A stretch of 64,000 nucleotides of DNA from Gnetum montanum (GCA_015680685.1 MNCI01003401.1:165843-229842); one strand, 5' to 3'. Positions 13,035-26,883 are shown, counted from the first letter of the stretch. Made by a program: numbers and translations. The notes: generated from the letters alone by a model not told the origin.

Positions 13035-13385
13035 CTAGTTTCTCAACCTCTTTTCCCTTTTATGTTTTTTAATATATATCAATTTTTCTATTCTTTCCTA
13101 TTGATTTGCACTGTCTGTTTCTATTTTTGCCTCCCTATTTTTAGTTTTATTGCTCTATTTTAGTTTTATTTTCAAATCTCCAAATTTATACTCTAGAAAT
13201 CCTTACCTTAACTCTAGCTTTGGTGAGGTAATTTAAATCATTCTACTTTTAATTTACTTTTCTAAAATTTTGCAATTTCAATTTTCTTTTTAAAAAATAA
13301 AAAAATATAGTATTTAAGTGTTTTTCCATTTTTTTTAATTTTCACAATTTATTAGCATTTTACATTTCTTGTTATTTTTTCATTT

Positions 13386-16300
13386 ATGAGTGACTCTTTT
13401 TACAAAATATTTCAACAAAGAGTTTCTACCCCTACCCCTAGTCAACCAGCTACTCGTCATTTCACTTTAAAAAAACAACGAGCTTCACTTTTTCCAAGTT
13501 CAATTCTTAGGAAACCTCGGACTAATATGGCAGCCCATTAACCCTCGGCTCCCTTAGTAAGAAACCGTTTTAACTTTAATAACTACCATGACATATCAAA
13601 ATCCCTTCAAAACATAAATCTGTTCTTCGATCCTACAACCCCTACGAATGATGTCCGCCAACACATACAATGTTTTAAAACCTTACTAAGAATCCACAAC
13701 ATTGTACATAATGATGTGGTATGCAAGGTGTTTGTAACAACATTTAGGACCAAAGCAACCCACTGGTTCTTAATGCTTCTTGATACCTCTATTAACATAT
13801 GGCAAGAATTCAAAAACAAGTTTTTGAATCAGTTTGACAAATTTACAAGCCCTGTTATCGCATAAAGCAACTTTACTAGCTTAAGAAAGCTACCTGGGCA
13901 AAATGTTAGGGATTATAATATTATATTCCTTCATCAACTTGCTTATGTGCCAAATGAGATGCAACCACAACTTGATAGTATACTCAACTTCTATCTCTCT
14001 ACTATCGATCCATTCTTCACTTATGCCATCAAATCTAATTCTAACATAATAGAACTACAAGGTGCAATGTCTAAAGTTGTGGAATTAGAGCAAACCCGTA
14101 TGAATAACATCCAAACCCAATTTGGGATGATGAGTGTTAGTAACCCTATGCAATCAAACCCTCTACTCTTACCAACTTTTCAAACATTTAATGTTATGTC
14201 TCAAACTCTTTCTCCCTTTCAACCAATTCAACCTTTAAGTAATTACTCTCAAGACCTCATGTTCTCTTCATTCTTACCATCCAACATTGGTTTAAATAAT
14301 GACCAATCAAAAGCCTTGATTCAATCCATTATAAACCCAAATGGAACATCAAATTCTGTTGAACCACCAACCCAAACTCAAGATCAGATGATCCAAATAC
14401 TCACTTCACTACAAAAACTATCCAATGAAGTGGTCAAGATAAAGAGAAACAATAACAAAGGTTCTATACAACTAGAAAAACCAAGTGCATCAATCAACGA
14501 TGATTATTGTGATTTTCATAATACGAGGCAACATTCTGAAAAGACTTGTCCTCAATTCTTGGCATTGTATGGTGAAAATGCCCAAGAGCAACAAAATGGG
14601 AAAACCCCTATCATAGTCCTTAATGTACCTCATGAGATAGAAAATGAAAAGGTTTCCTCATTAGAACAAGTTATGGTAGGTGACCGTAACCCACACAAGA
14701 CTCGCTACCATAAATTTAGTGACACTGTAAACACCACACAACAACAAACTAGGAACAATTCCTATACACCTCCAAACAGAAGAGTTCCTAGTCAAAACAA
14801 TGCAAACAACCAATCCAGGTCATCCCAAGTAACTACCCCACAATGACCACACCCCCCTTCTATACTTAGAAGAGCCCCATCTCAATAAGAATCCAAGGAT
14901 GAACATAAAAATTATGATTTGGTTGAGGACCTTAAAAGAGTTAAAGTCAACATTTCAATGTATGACCTCCTACACTTCAACGAAATGAAAGAAGTGATTT
15001 GGGATATGGTTCATACACCCAAAGCCCAAAGAGAAAAATCCCCAATTCCCAAAAGGAAAGTTCACTTTGTAGACAATCCTAACACACTATCATTACAAAA
15101 TGCAAATAATTCCATGTCTAGCAAGAAGGACCACCCCCCTTTCCTAACCACTTTGATTATTTTAGGAAAGAATGTCCATAACTGTTTAATGGATTCTGGT
15201 GCAACTGTTAGTGTCATGCCTCTTGACATTTGTAACGCCTTAGATGCGTAAATGATACCACAAACAAAAAGTGTGATTCAACTCGATGGATCTAACGTAC
15301 CTATGGTAGGGTTATTAAAAGGGGCAAAGGTACAACTTAAGCAATATCCTACATTTACATGTTATACAGATATCCTAGTAGTTGACATGACACCCACCTA
15401 TGGTGTCCTCTTATCTAGGACTTTTGGAGCTAAGTTTGGGGGCTTCTTTAGATCGGATTTCTCGGAATTATTGATCCCTATCAAAGGAAAATCTGAATAT
15501 ATGATTATACCTAGGAACCCTTTTATAAGCAAGTGGTAATGACTTTCGATCAACAAATTACATCTCAAGGAAATCAAAACAACAATCATTTTGTTGGAGT
15601 GGTCGAACTAGGACTTGGCAAATATTTCTTAAATGATGATATAGACAAAGTTCCATGTATAAACCCTTTTACATACACATTTTCTACTCAATATTACCAA
15701 GCTTTTAGGAAATATGAGAAGGTGTATGAAGATACCTTACCATATCACCAACATGATGGAAAAACCTTTCTTTTCAATGACCCACCACCACTAGGAAATG
15801 ATAAAGACATAAATAAGATTCTAACTAATGAAATATTAGAAGATGAACCAAAATTTGATGATGATCACTGTTACATTGATCAAAGGGCCAATTTTTCAGA
15901 TTTTATGAACTTGAATACTTGGATACTAAGAGTGGATGGTGCTCCTTCCAAGAAAGGATGTGGAGTTGGAATAATGCTTATACCTCCTAGTGAAGCTCCT
16001 ATCCTTAAAGCTATTAATTTCACTCAACCAATGACCAACAACATGGTCGAGTATGAAGCACTAATTCATGGGATCAAACTAGCTAAATACTATATTTTGT
16101 CCAAACTTAAAATCTATAGTGACTCCCAACTAATAGTGAATCAAGCCAATGGTATCTTTGACGACAAAGACATCACTATGAAAGCATACAAAGCTTACAT
16201 TCTTGAACTTATTAAAGAATTTGAACATGTAACCATTGAACATGTACCTAGGGAAGAAAATTATATTCCCAATGCACTAGCCCAAATGGCTACTACTTTG

Positions 16301-18236
16301 GATGCCCCTTTTAAGTATAATGCTTGGGATTCAAAAATCATTGTCGAAAAGGTGAAGTCCTATTCTATCCTTGATAATATCTCTTCTTTTCAAGTGTTTG
16401 ACGATGATGACCATGTTTGTAGATTCCTATTTTTTGAAGGAGAATTCAATGATCAAGGAGATGCATCTAAGGATATTATGTTCTTGAATAAGATATCTCC
16501 TAAAACCGTACTTAGAGAAGCTTTATTTAATGACCGACACACCAAGGCCCTAGATTTATCTAAAAACACTAATTGGCAAACGTTAGCTCAAATTGAAACA
16601 ATTCAGATTCAAAAGGAAGGAAAAAATACTCTATAAAAATAGGGGCCTATTTACATCCAGATGAAAGACAAAGCCTTGTTGACCTCTTACATGAATTTAA
16701 TGATGTTCTGGCTTGGACTTACAAAGACCTTAGGACTTTTAATCCACTAGTAATGACACATACCATTCCCCTTAGGCCAGAAACAAAACCATTCAGGCAA
16801 AAGCTTAGACCTGTGAATCCAAAGATTGAAATCCTTATGAAAGCAAAAATTGATAAACTCCTAGAATCCAAAATAATTTATCTAGTAAGACACTCCTATT
16901 GGATCTCAAACTTAGTACCCGTTAGGAAACGAACTAGCAAGTTAAGGTTATGTATTGATTTTCGTAACCTTAATACTTCTTGCATCAAGGATAATTATCC
17001 ACTCCCTCTTATGGAGGAGTTATTGAAAATTGTGAATGGCGCTCAAATGTATTCCTTTTTGGATGGGTATTCAGGATATAACCAAATTTTAGTGAATATG
17101 AAGGACCACTACAAAACAGCTTTTACAACAAAGTGGGGAAGCTTTCAATTTGCTAAAATGCCATTTGGCCTCATCAATGCTGGCTCTACTTTCCAAAGAG
17201 CTATGGACAAAAATTATGAGGGGCTAATTAGAAAGTGCATCATTATCTACTCGATGACTTAAACCATTTTCTCTAAAGATCTAGGTATGTACCTTAGATA
17301 CCTTAGAAATTTTTTTATGAGATGTAGACAATTTGGCATCACCTTGAATGCAAAGAAATCCATCTTTGGTGTTCAAAGTGGTAAATTTATCGATCATATA
17401 GTGACCAAAGAGGGGATTGCAATTGATCCTGAGTGGGTAAATGCAATTTTAGAAGTACCTTACCCTTTATCCAAGACTAATCTAAGGGCTTTCTTTGGTA
17501 AGATTAATTTTGTTAGACGATTTATCCCTTTCTATGTTGAATTAGTTAGACCATTGAATGATATGCTTAAGAAAGATAGTAATATGCATTGGACAGGTGA
17601 TAAAAAGAATGCGTTTCTTGCTATTAAAGAAGCTATAATAGATGCACATATCCTAGCTTCTCCTTACTATGAAAATGATTTCTACTTATATGCCTTTTCT
17701 AGCAATGTTACAGCTACTACTATCTTGACCCAAGACATAAATGATCAAGGTGAAAGACCCATAGCTTTCATGTTTGCACCTTTAAAGGATGCAGAATTAA
17801 GATACTCACCCGTAGAGAAGCAATTGTATGATATAATAAAAGCCTTGAAGAAATTCCGCTATTACTTGTTAAACTCGAAAGTCTTTGTCATTGTCCCTGA
17901 TCCAACCACCATTGCTTTAGCCAAATTACAAGATCCTAGTGAGAAACGCGCTAAATGGGTTATGAGGCTCCAAGAATATGATATTCAATGGAAGGTAGCA
18001 AAGTTAGTTAAAGGGACTGGTCTTGCTAAATTAATAGCTAAAGCTTCAACCTCAGAAAATTGTGATGCATCCATAGATAAAGAATCAATTCCTCTTCATA
18101 TATTATCCATCAATGAGAAAAATGATATCCCATTTGCTCTCAATTAGTTGTATGATCCATGCTATGGGGATATTAAATTTTATTTAACCTTCCATCATTG
18201 TCCCTCAAATTTACCTAGATATAAAAGAAAGCTCTT
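13386..18236 (+). pseudogene. Tat gag-pol, part 1: Gag, protease, aRH, RT, RNase H (stops and frameshifts)
   Basis: Gag knuckle YCDFHNTRQHSEKTC; protease CLMDSGATVSVMP; RT LRLCIDFRNLN..FLDGYSGYNQI..MPFGLINAGSTFQRAM with a 1-bp deletion in YLDD at ~17250; RH RYSPVEKQL..KKFRYYL. Confidence 0.92.
15920..16292 (+). other. Additional archaeal-type RNase HI domain (aRH) within Tat pol
   Basis: WILRVDGA..GCGVGIML..TNNMVEYEALIHGIKLA..LKIYSDSQLIVNQ..IEHVPREENYIPNALA, lying between protease and RT. Confidence 0.9.
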
Positions 18237-19048
18237 TGATGAGTGGTGAGGTACCCCTACACTCAACCATACAAATATGAACGTTTCACACATGATCCGG
18301 TTGAACTCTGCAGACAAACTAGTTCTGGTATCCAGACAGTTACTCATAGATCACAGTTCACTGTCTTCCCACTTGGACTAGTATTAGCTTTGTCACATAT
18401 GGTTTAGTCTAGAGTGAGGTGTATGATGTGGTTTGTAACCTAGTGCTACTCCTAGAGGCAATGGAAAATATATTTAATTAAGCTAAGAGGAAAAGGGAGA
18501 GAGAATCTAAGCTAGCCTAAGTGCAATGCACATCTGTTCCTTAATCATCCATACACATCTTGGACCTCATGCATGACTACCACTGGGATTACCAAGCGCA
18601 TGGCCTAAGTACGCTACTAGGTTACCAAGTAGTCACACTTAAATGCTCATGATCAAGTCGTACTCATTCCACATTTAATAGGAGTTTAGGGTAAAGAGAT
18701 GTTAACTATGAAAGTAATAAATAATAATAAAAATTAAATAATTAAACTAAATGAATGCTACAATGATGAAGTAATCTCGATCTTTATTTCCAGTCATGTG
18801 CATGTCCAAGTACGTCACACTCGAATAAGGATGTCATACAATTACAATCACCACACTGCGGGCATGCACCGGGAGGAAAGGATTGAGAGAAATCTAAACT
18901 TAAAAAACTTACAATAAAATATAACTTACTCCTTACTTTCCAAATCTGCCCACATCTTATTTATAAATGAGCAGATAGGTTGTGATATCGCGTCTAGGTT
19001 GTGATATTGCATCCGCGATATCGCAGCCCACAAATTTATGACTCATCA
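18237..19048 (-). repeat. N1 3' LTR
   Basis: Colinear with 26070-26878. PPT TTAGTCGTGGGGGTA (minus) at 19049-19063. TATAAATA (minus) at 18958-18965 follows three GCGATATCGC-type palindromes. Confidence 0.92.
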
Positions 19049-19239
19049 TACCCCCACGACTAAATGAAAACTCGTCCTTGAGTTAAAGTGAGAACAAGCT
19101 CCATTGATTACACAGTGGATAGGTATGGGATTATTAACTGACAAAAATGGGTTCATGTTGCAGTGTGGAATCAAAACAAAATTAGGACACAACACAGAGA
19201 ATGCAAAATAAAATCCTACAACTACAAAATTGATGGAAC

Positions 19240-22037
19240 TCATGTAGTTCCTGTTGGCGATGGCTCCTCCATAGGTGCCTTTCCCTTATCTTGTGCTCTA
19301 GGTCTTGGGACTTGATGGCATTGAAGTATGGCCTGGATTTTTTCCTCTTCAGTTCGAGGGTCCTGTGTCGTCCATGCCAATGTTTCGATGTTTGATGGAG
19401 TTAGCACCTTCCATGGGAAGGGTAGTTGCGGAAACATTTGATTTGCCTTGACATAGCAAGCCGCAAACACCTGTCGTTCCTCTTCGTAGGCTCTGGCTTT
19501 GTCTCTATATTCTTGAAAATCTGCAAGTCATCGAGCCAAGTCTATTGTGATACCCTTTTGCACCTAGTAGCTTGCTTTTACCACATCGAGTTCAGAATTT
19601 GCAATCTCCAATTTTTGTAACAATTTCTTGCATTCTGTAAATTTTGCTTCATATTTAACATAGGTGGTGGCTACCTGTTGCTCAAGCTCTGTTCTCGGGT
19701 GCCCTGCTATTAACATGGCAAGGTTGGCATACCGCAGGTTTGCCAACTCCATGTACTCCATAAGGTCTTGGATCTGCAGGTCCTAATTCTTAACTTCCGC
19801 CTGGTGGGCAAATGCGTATGCATCCAATATGGTCCACCAGTCAGCGTGTTGAGCACTGAGAGCATTGATGTGGGCCTTGGCCATATGGATCTCCTTCTCA
19901 ATGATCTTTTTGTACATCCCCACTTGGTGCCAGAAGTGCTCCTTTAGATTTTCATACCGTTTAGCCACATTCTGCCACGCACTTATTTCAATAGTCTTCT
20001 TCTTATGGATGGCACGTACCTCCTCCTTCGAGAGGGTTCAATTTTCCCTGGCTAAATAGTTCATGTCTTAGTTGACCTTGACGAGTTGTTCTCGCAATTA
20101 TTGAAAATGTTCTTCGAGAACATTCTTTTTGTTTTCCATAGAGATCAACCAAAGGTTATCAACAACAAGCTGTTTGTTTTCCTCTTATAAGGCCTTCATT
20201 GCCTTGGTATGCGTGTAAGTTTGTGCCTGTGCTGCAGAGGCATCCCAAAAAACTTTCTTATTTTCCTCTACCACCTTCTTATTCTCTGTCAATAACTTGG
20301 TTAGTTACTTAGTTTTGAAGGTGTCCAACTGGTCTATGAGGACAAATTGGGAAGGATCCCGCTGTGCTGCTTGTAGGGTCACGAGCCTTTCTTGTAGTCT
20401 TTTCACCTCTGCTTCTACATGCTTGGCCCTCATCTCTATCAAGACCAGCTTTCCCTTGGTGGAAATGAGATTTGATTGAATTGTCGTAACATCCTGAGGG
20501 ATGTCAAATAGGGATGTCATTACTTGTCTTGTTTGTAGTAATCGATCAAGTACATCCTCATGTTCCGCAAGAGTCATTGAGGTTTCGTCTAAAGTTTGAG
20601 CATCCCGTGCTCCTGTAAGGTCTACCGATGGCACAACAGGTACATTGAATGATTCCTTAATGTGGTCTACAACCACTTCTGTGGTTCCTACTGCATCCTA
20701 GTGTTGCATGACCACCACTGTGGCCCCTTCACCAATTTCTAATTACACTTGGCAGGATGTAGCATTCCCTGAGATCTATTGTGACCAAGTGCTTTCCCCT
20801 CCTCTTGTATGGATGGACACTTCATCCCTTGCACTATCCAAAGAAATTGTGGGTTGTATGGCATCTTTGATGATGTGGAAGAGATTTGCATCATCATGAC
20901 TTCCCCAACTGACCATCTCAACGATGACCTTGAGATGGCTCATCGATGATTTGTAATCTTACAGTGGCGGTGATTGATCCTGGCCCATGCTAGGCCCTAC
21001 TTCTTGTTGTTGGTTGGGTCTCATACATGGAATTTGGCTAGGTCATTCAAGTTGAGTTGCACTTGGCCCTGCCGTTTGTTCCTTTTCTTATTCCAACCCC
21101 AGCGTCTCACCAGTGATTTTCCTTGCAACTAGTGGCTTTAGCAGTTTAGCATATGAAGCATTTTGGGCTTTGCGGAGGACATCATTAGTATATCCTCTGA
21201 TACCAGCACGTTGGCACAGCTTCCTGATAAGACAAGGGAAGGGTAATGTAAGCTTTCCTGTCTTTCGTTCTTCAAACTGCCTCAGGATCTCCGTAAAATA
21301 TAGATAAGGTAGCTGAGGATTAACCTTTCCCATCAACACTGCACATCCTCTAGCTGCATATGTTGAAATTCTTTTTAAGCCCTTTCTGGGGAAGAGGTGA
21401 TAAGTTCCCATTTTAAAGTAGATCCTTTCTTCCATCGTCAACTCCCCAAATTTCTTATCTTCCTTGCCATATGCCCTTTCCAACCAAACTCGTCGCGCAT
21501 CAGGGTCTAAATGAGTAGACAATTGAGCAACCTTTGGCCATGTATTCGGCAGGTTTAATACTTCCAAAATGGCTTGAATAGAGAAATTGATTGTCACACC
21601 ACAAACGTTAACTGTTGTGCCTTGTTCCTTGTTATGCCAAAATTGGTACATTTCCCCTAAGTACCAGGCACTACTTTCAGAGAGGATAGGCTATAATGGG
21701 GACCCTTTGAGGTGATCTCTAACGACCTCTGAAGCAAATTCTGTGAAAGATTCAAAATTTAATTCCAAAATCACCGCAGTGAAGATGGACCTTTCATGGA
21801 TAGCCTGAACACAATCTTGAGGTAATGTAAGATGTTGTCCCTGTTCAGGCACTGCAGAAACTCCTCCTTCCGCCTGCCTCAATTGTATAGTAGCAGGGTC
21901 CTCTTGGTGAATGCTAAATGATTATTCCTCCTACTCTGCTTTGCATGCTGTCCGGCAGGAACTTGTCCTTTGCCTCTCCTAGGTCGTTTGCTCCCACCTT
22001 GAGCAGAACCTTCCTGTTATCCACGTTTCGGGGCCAT
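19240..22037 (-). pseudogene. N1 accessory ORF (Athila env-like position): MAPKR start, plant-transposon-protein-like domain, long coiled coil; decayed
   Basis: TGATTGTAG|ATG GCC CCG AAA CGT at 22037. VNVCGVTINFSIQAILEVLNLP..LPFPCLIRKLCQRAGI resembles the Transposase_32/PF20167-type domain (recalled, not searched). LRYANLAMLIAG block is shared with the N2 accessory ORF. Confidence 0.8.
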
Positions 22038-22519
22038 CTACAATCACACAGAGCCAATCGTTAGTAAGGTTGTTACCAAAGTTAGGTTATACCTTACTGC
22101 TTACCTTAATGAATTTGCTTTATCTCCATGTGGCGTTAATTAAAATTTCCCTAAAAGATTATAATATTAGATCCTCTTGCTTAGGTCATTTCCAAATCTA
22201 GTTTCCCAGTATCACTAAGGGGATAAAATTATTTTTGACACATTTATCTTTAATTTCATAGCTAATTACCCTTGACAATGTCCTTCGGTTGATGAAACAT
22301 TTCAAAAACGTTATGCACTATTCAGCATGTGCCCCTCCCCAAGACTAAGCTGAACACTCTGGGTTCAAGTGGGTTTAAATGAAATGAAAATCAGAGAACC
22401 AGCGAGCGAGTTATGGATATGAAAGCAAGGGATGCGTAATCGCAAGTCGTAGAGAGAAATTTGAAAAACTCCCCCACGTGAATAGTTGAAAATGATGTTA
22501 AGTAGTGCCAGGGGGTCAC

Positions 22520-22597
22520 ATATATATATATATATTTTTGACATGATATCATGGACGCGATATCGCGTCAGCCGCGATATTGCGTACGCGATATCAT
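22520..22597 (-). promoter_or_regulatory. Putative internal promoter of N1 accessory ORF: 4 GCGATATCGC-type palindromes followed by a TATA/(TA)n tract
   Basis: Palindromes at 22543, 22557, 22574 and 22588; (TA)n at 22520-22535; same motif and similar spacing as the N1 LTR promoter. Confidence 0.65.
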
Positions 22598-23972
22598 GGC
22601 CTATCAATGTTAGGGCATAATAAAGGATACCACATTTTTAAGATTGTCTTGAAATTGTGATGGAAGTTAAGGACATATGGACAAGTGTTAAAGGGTTCCA
22701 AGGTAATTTAACTAGTTCTTGAAGGCACAAATAATGATGATGGTGTGGAATGTATCAATAAGGACCTTGGGTGGTAAGGGAGAGAAAAAGGATATGTAAT
22801 GGTTCATAGGAACGTTTGAATTAGAGGGGTAGTAATAAGGGAAAGAACATTGTTGAAGATATGTTGAGGGCAATAAATAGTGTGTGGAAGATGTTTTATG
22901 AGTGCAAATTACAAAAATTACGCAAGTGGGTCCTCCCCAAAGAAGGTTCTAACCTATAATGCCCTTGTGTAACCCCACTTAGAAGTTTCCATGGGCACTA
23001 GAAGGGTTTAATATAATCCACACCAGGTCCACAAAACACACACACACACATGTGTAAGTATCATCAGAATGAGGTCGAAATTCTATGCTACCCAAGACAC
23101 GAGTTACAATTATATGAACAGAGAGGTGAGACGGGGTATAGAAGGGATTGTAGGAATTGGGACATGAGGTAATTGACCCAGGGCACAATGAATCCTACGT
23201 GTAAAGCATGATTAATGTGTCATTAACTTGTCATTCCAAGATCAGGACCAAGTCCATTCCTCTAATCAATGACACCACATTGTTTCATCCCATGATGAGC
23301 GACTATGAGAGCATCATAACAACAAGGCATACAATCACTTGGCATTTTGTTCAAGGGAGGAGTGATTTTTGCTTTGTGGCACTTCCTTTTTTTTTTGTTT
23401 TGTGTGTGTGTGTGTTTTTTTTTTTTGAATGCTGAATCCAGAGAAGCTGCCAACCTTTAGGCATGGGTGCATGTCTTTCCAGTGAGACCCCCTAGAACGG
23501 CATTGGATTTTTGAGTGCCTTTTGATTACTCTTATTCACATTTGCATTAGATCTACAAGGATCTTAGTAAAACCACATTGCATGATAATTCTCACAAACG
23601 TCACCAAAGAGAATCTACAAGTTCCCTTGATGTCACACCCTAATCATTCCCTCTTGGTCCATCCTTCTTCATTTTGGGTACAATGAACACAAAATTAATT
23701 TTAAGTTTTAAGAATGTCAAGAATATCATTGTACCCTCGAAAAGAACCTCTTATTTGTAGAATGGATGAATGGGTGTAATGGGCTCACTATCCAAATAAT
23801 TGATCACTCAAGACTTAATAACATAAAACACACCTCAACCAAAGAGCCACTTACTTATAGAAAAATAAAAAGACAAAAAGATAAAACAAGAAATTGAAAA
23901 AATTAAAAACTGGGAAAATAAAACAATGTAAAATTTAAAAAAATGAAAAATATTTATTAATCCTACTTGTTA

Positions 23973-25996
23973 TTAGAATGGGGAATATCCCCCATAACTA
24001 AGCAATTGAGCATGGCAAGGATTAATAATTGAGAGATGAGGATCCTTGCATGTTGGAAATATTGAAACTTGGTCATACTTCCCCCATTGGGGTTCACACA
24101 CCTGATTGTAGTAAGCGTAGTGGGGCACTTTACAAGATGTGGTTCGCGGATAAATATTTGACCCACTATGGTACTTGTGACCATAAGATGGTACGCAAGG
24201 ATCAGAATGTTGCTCTCCATGGATGTATTCATTGGGCCGTAATGAAGTGACACGAGGCGTTGGGTTCGAGGAGAAGGGTACACCACAGTGTTGGACTTGT
24301 GCTAAGTTGGAGGATGCAGTGGCCTTGGAACTGTGTTGTCTCTTCCTACGATCATGTCTAAATAAGGGGCACCTTTGATGTTGAGGAGGTCTCTCACTGT
24401 TGTTGGAAATAGTAGCACAAGTAATGTTCGTGTGTTGTTGCGGTGGTGCAGACACTTTAGGAACAGTTGGCGGCAATGTAGAAGAAGGGAAAGGATGAGA
24501 ATGCTGAAATTTAGGAGAAGTGTGAGGTACACAAGGTGGTGGTTGTGTTGAGGACATGGGTTGATAGTACTGAGGAGAATAATAATGTGGTGAGGTAGAG
24601 TATGTTGACCCAGTTGGGGAAACAGGATGTTGAACTAGATAAGCGTTTAGATCCGGATGATATGAAGGGTGTCTCCAGTTTAGGGATGGCTTCCCCCATG
24701 ATTGGGATTGTTGCCACTATGATTGAACACAATATCTCTTTATGAACTCTGGGTGTAACATGCTTCCCCAATGCTCATATAAATGTAACAAGATTGGGCA
24801 TTGGCCCTTGGGGTGATTGTACAGGCAAATGTTGCATTCATACATATGATTGGCAATTGGGCTCTTATTTTCTTCATCCCTTCTTTCCGATTGTCTAATG
24901 ATGTTTTGTCCTACTTCTCGGGTTGTCAAAAATCTATCTCCAATAATATTGATATATTCCTCACACTTTTTATGCATCCATTCCAGTATCTTATTGATCT
25001 TTGCCTCAATTTCATCTAATGGTTGTTGTACTGGCAAAGATGGTTCTTCCTCCTTGAGATAGGTTGATTTCTCCTTTTTATGATTATGGACCTTTGTTAA
25101 GTTGAGATTTTGGTCCCGTTAATGTTTTTCAACACTCTCCCATCTAGCCATTTATCCTTCTTCTTTTGCTACCTGCTTAATAAGCTCTCGAAATTGATCG
25201 GTTCATAGTTCATATAGTTGCCCTTGGGCATACATCCCTAGGTTCTCTCTTGTTTCATCACGAAGCCCATCAATGATATGATACATTAGCCTTTCCTCGG
25301 AGAACTCATGGCCTAGATAGTTGTTTAATAGTGCATAATATCTTTCTAATGCCATGTCCAAGGGTTCATGTTATTCTTGTTTCCACTCTTGGATTTGTTT
25401 CCTTAAGGCTGACACTCTTGCGTAGGTTTGATATCTTTCGTTAAAGAGTTCTACCATTGTTGGCCAATTTCGTATCGAATTTGGTTTCAACAATCTATAC
25501 CATACTTTTGCTTGGCCAACAAGTATCATAGGAAAGAGCTTGAATTTTTACCAACCGTTATCAATGTTGTTCCATGCACAGGCATCGTAGAAGGCTTGTA
25601 AATGTTGTTGTGGATCTAAGTCATAGCCTCCTAAGAAATTGAGAAAGTTGTTTAAATCAAGCCTGGGTAGATGGCTCTCTTTACAATGCCTATGGGAGAT
25701 TCGAACAACCTCTTGTATTTGCGGCAGGCTTGTAGTGGCCAGTAGGGGTTCATCATCATCAAGTAAGTTATGCTTTCACGCATTATGATGATGTTGCTTT
25801 CGTTTATGCTTATAAGAATCCCCCAACTTAGATTGCGTACTCCAACCTTCATTGTCATATAATTCATTGGTTCTCCAATGAATTGCCTCACTAGATGTGG
25901 CATTATTGTAGTCTTGTAGGAGAGGCATGGTTGTGAACTTGTGTGTGAATTTTTATGTGAATTTTTGTAATTATTTCTTCCTAAAAGATATATCAT
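23973..25996 (-). pseudogene. N1 gag, decayed
   Basis: DPQQHLQAFYDAC..KVWYRLLKPNSIRNWPTMVELFNERY..QIQEWKQE..EPLDMALERY and the ECNICLYNHPKGQCP motif are homologous to N2 gag (ECGICQYEHPKGCYP). Start position approximate. Confidence 0.8.
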
Positions 25997-26050
25997 TAAT
26001 TCCTATACAGCGACCTTATATGATATAACTAATCTAGATAACTAGCACCG

Positions 26051-26069
26051 TCCTCGGCAATGACGCCAA
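26051..26069 (-). promoter_or_regulatory. N1 primer binding site, tRNA-Asp type
   Basis: Reverse complement TTGGCGTCATTGCCGAGGA resembles the Athila PBS TGGCGCCGTTGCCGGGGA. Confidence 0.8.
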
Positions 26070-26878
26070 TGATGAGTGGCGATGTACCCCTACACTCAGC
26101 CATATGAATACGAGTGTTTCATGCACAATCCGGTCAAACTCTGCAAATGGACTAGTTGTGGTATCCAAACAATTACTCATAGATCACAGTTTGTTGTCTT
26201 CCCACCTGGACTAGTATTAGCTTTGTCACGTATGGTTTAGTCTAGAGTGAGGTGTATGATGTGGTTTCTAACCTAGTGCTACTCCTAGAGGCAATGGAAA
26301 ATATCTTTGATTACGCTAAGAGGAAAAGGGAGAGAGAATCTAAGCTAGCCTAAGTGCGATGAGCATCCATTCCTTAATCATCCGTACACATCTTGGACCT
26401 TGTGCATGACTACCACTGGGATTACCAAGCGCATGACCTAAGTACACTACTGGGTTACCAAGTAGTCACACTTAAATGCTCGTGATTAAGTCATACTCAT
26501 TCTGTGTTTAATAGGAGTTTAGGGTAAAGAGATGTTAACTATGAAAGCAATAAATAAAAATAAAAATTAAATAATTAAACTAAGTGAATGCTGCAATGAT
26601 GAAGTGATCTCGATCTTTATTTTTGGTCATGTGCATGTCCAAGTATGTCACACTCGAATAAGGATGCTGTACAATTACAATCACCACACTGCGGGCATGC
26701 ACTGGGAGGAAAGGGTTGAGAGAAATCTAAACCTAAAAAACTTACAATAAAATCTAAGAACTCACTCCTTACTTTCCAAATCTGCCCACATCTTATTTAT
26801 AGATGAGCAAACAGGCTGCGATATCGCGCCCGTGATATTGCGGTGCGATATCGCAACCCACAAATTTATGACTCATCA
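26070..26878 (-). repeat. N1 5' LTR
   Basis: Pair of 18237-19048; palindromes at 26818, 26832 and 26845; TATAAATA (minus) at 26794-26801. Confidence 0.92.
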
Positions 26879-26883
26879 CTCTT

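Larger units (their letters stand above)
18237..26878 (-). mobile_element. Non-autonomous Athila-like LTR retrotransposon N1 (gag + accessory ORF, no pol)
   Basis: TGATGA..TCATCA LTRs; TSD CTCTT at 18232-18236 and 26879-26883; PBS and PPT on the minus strand. Removing it restores the Tat frame (KRKLLISKCSKF). Confidence 0.93.
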
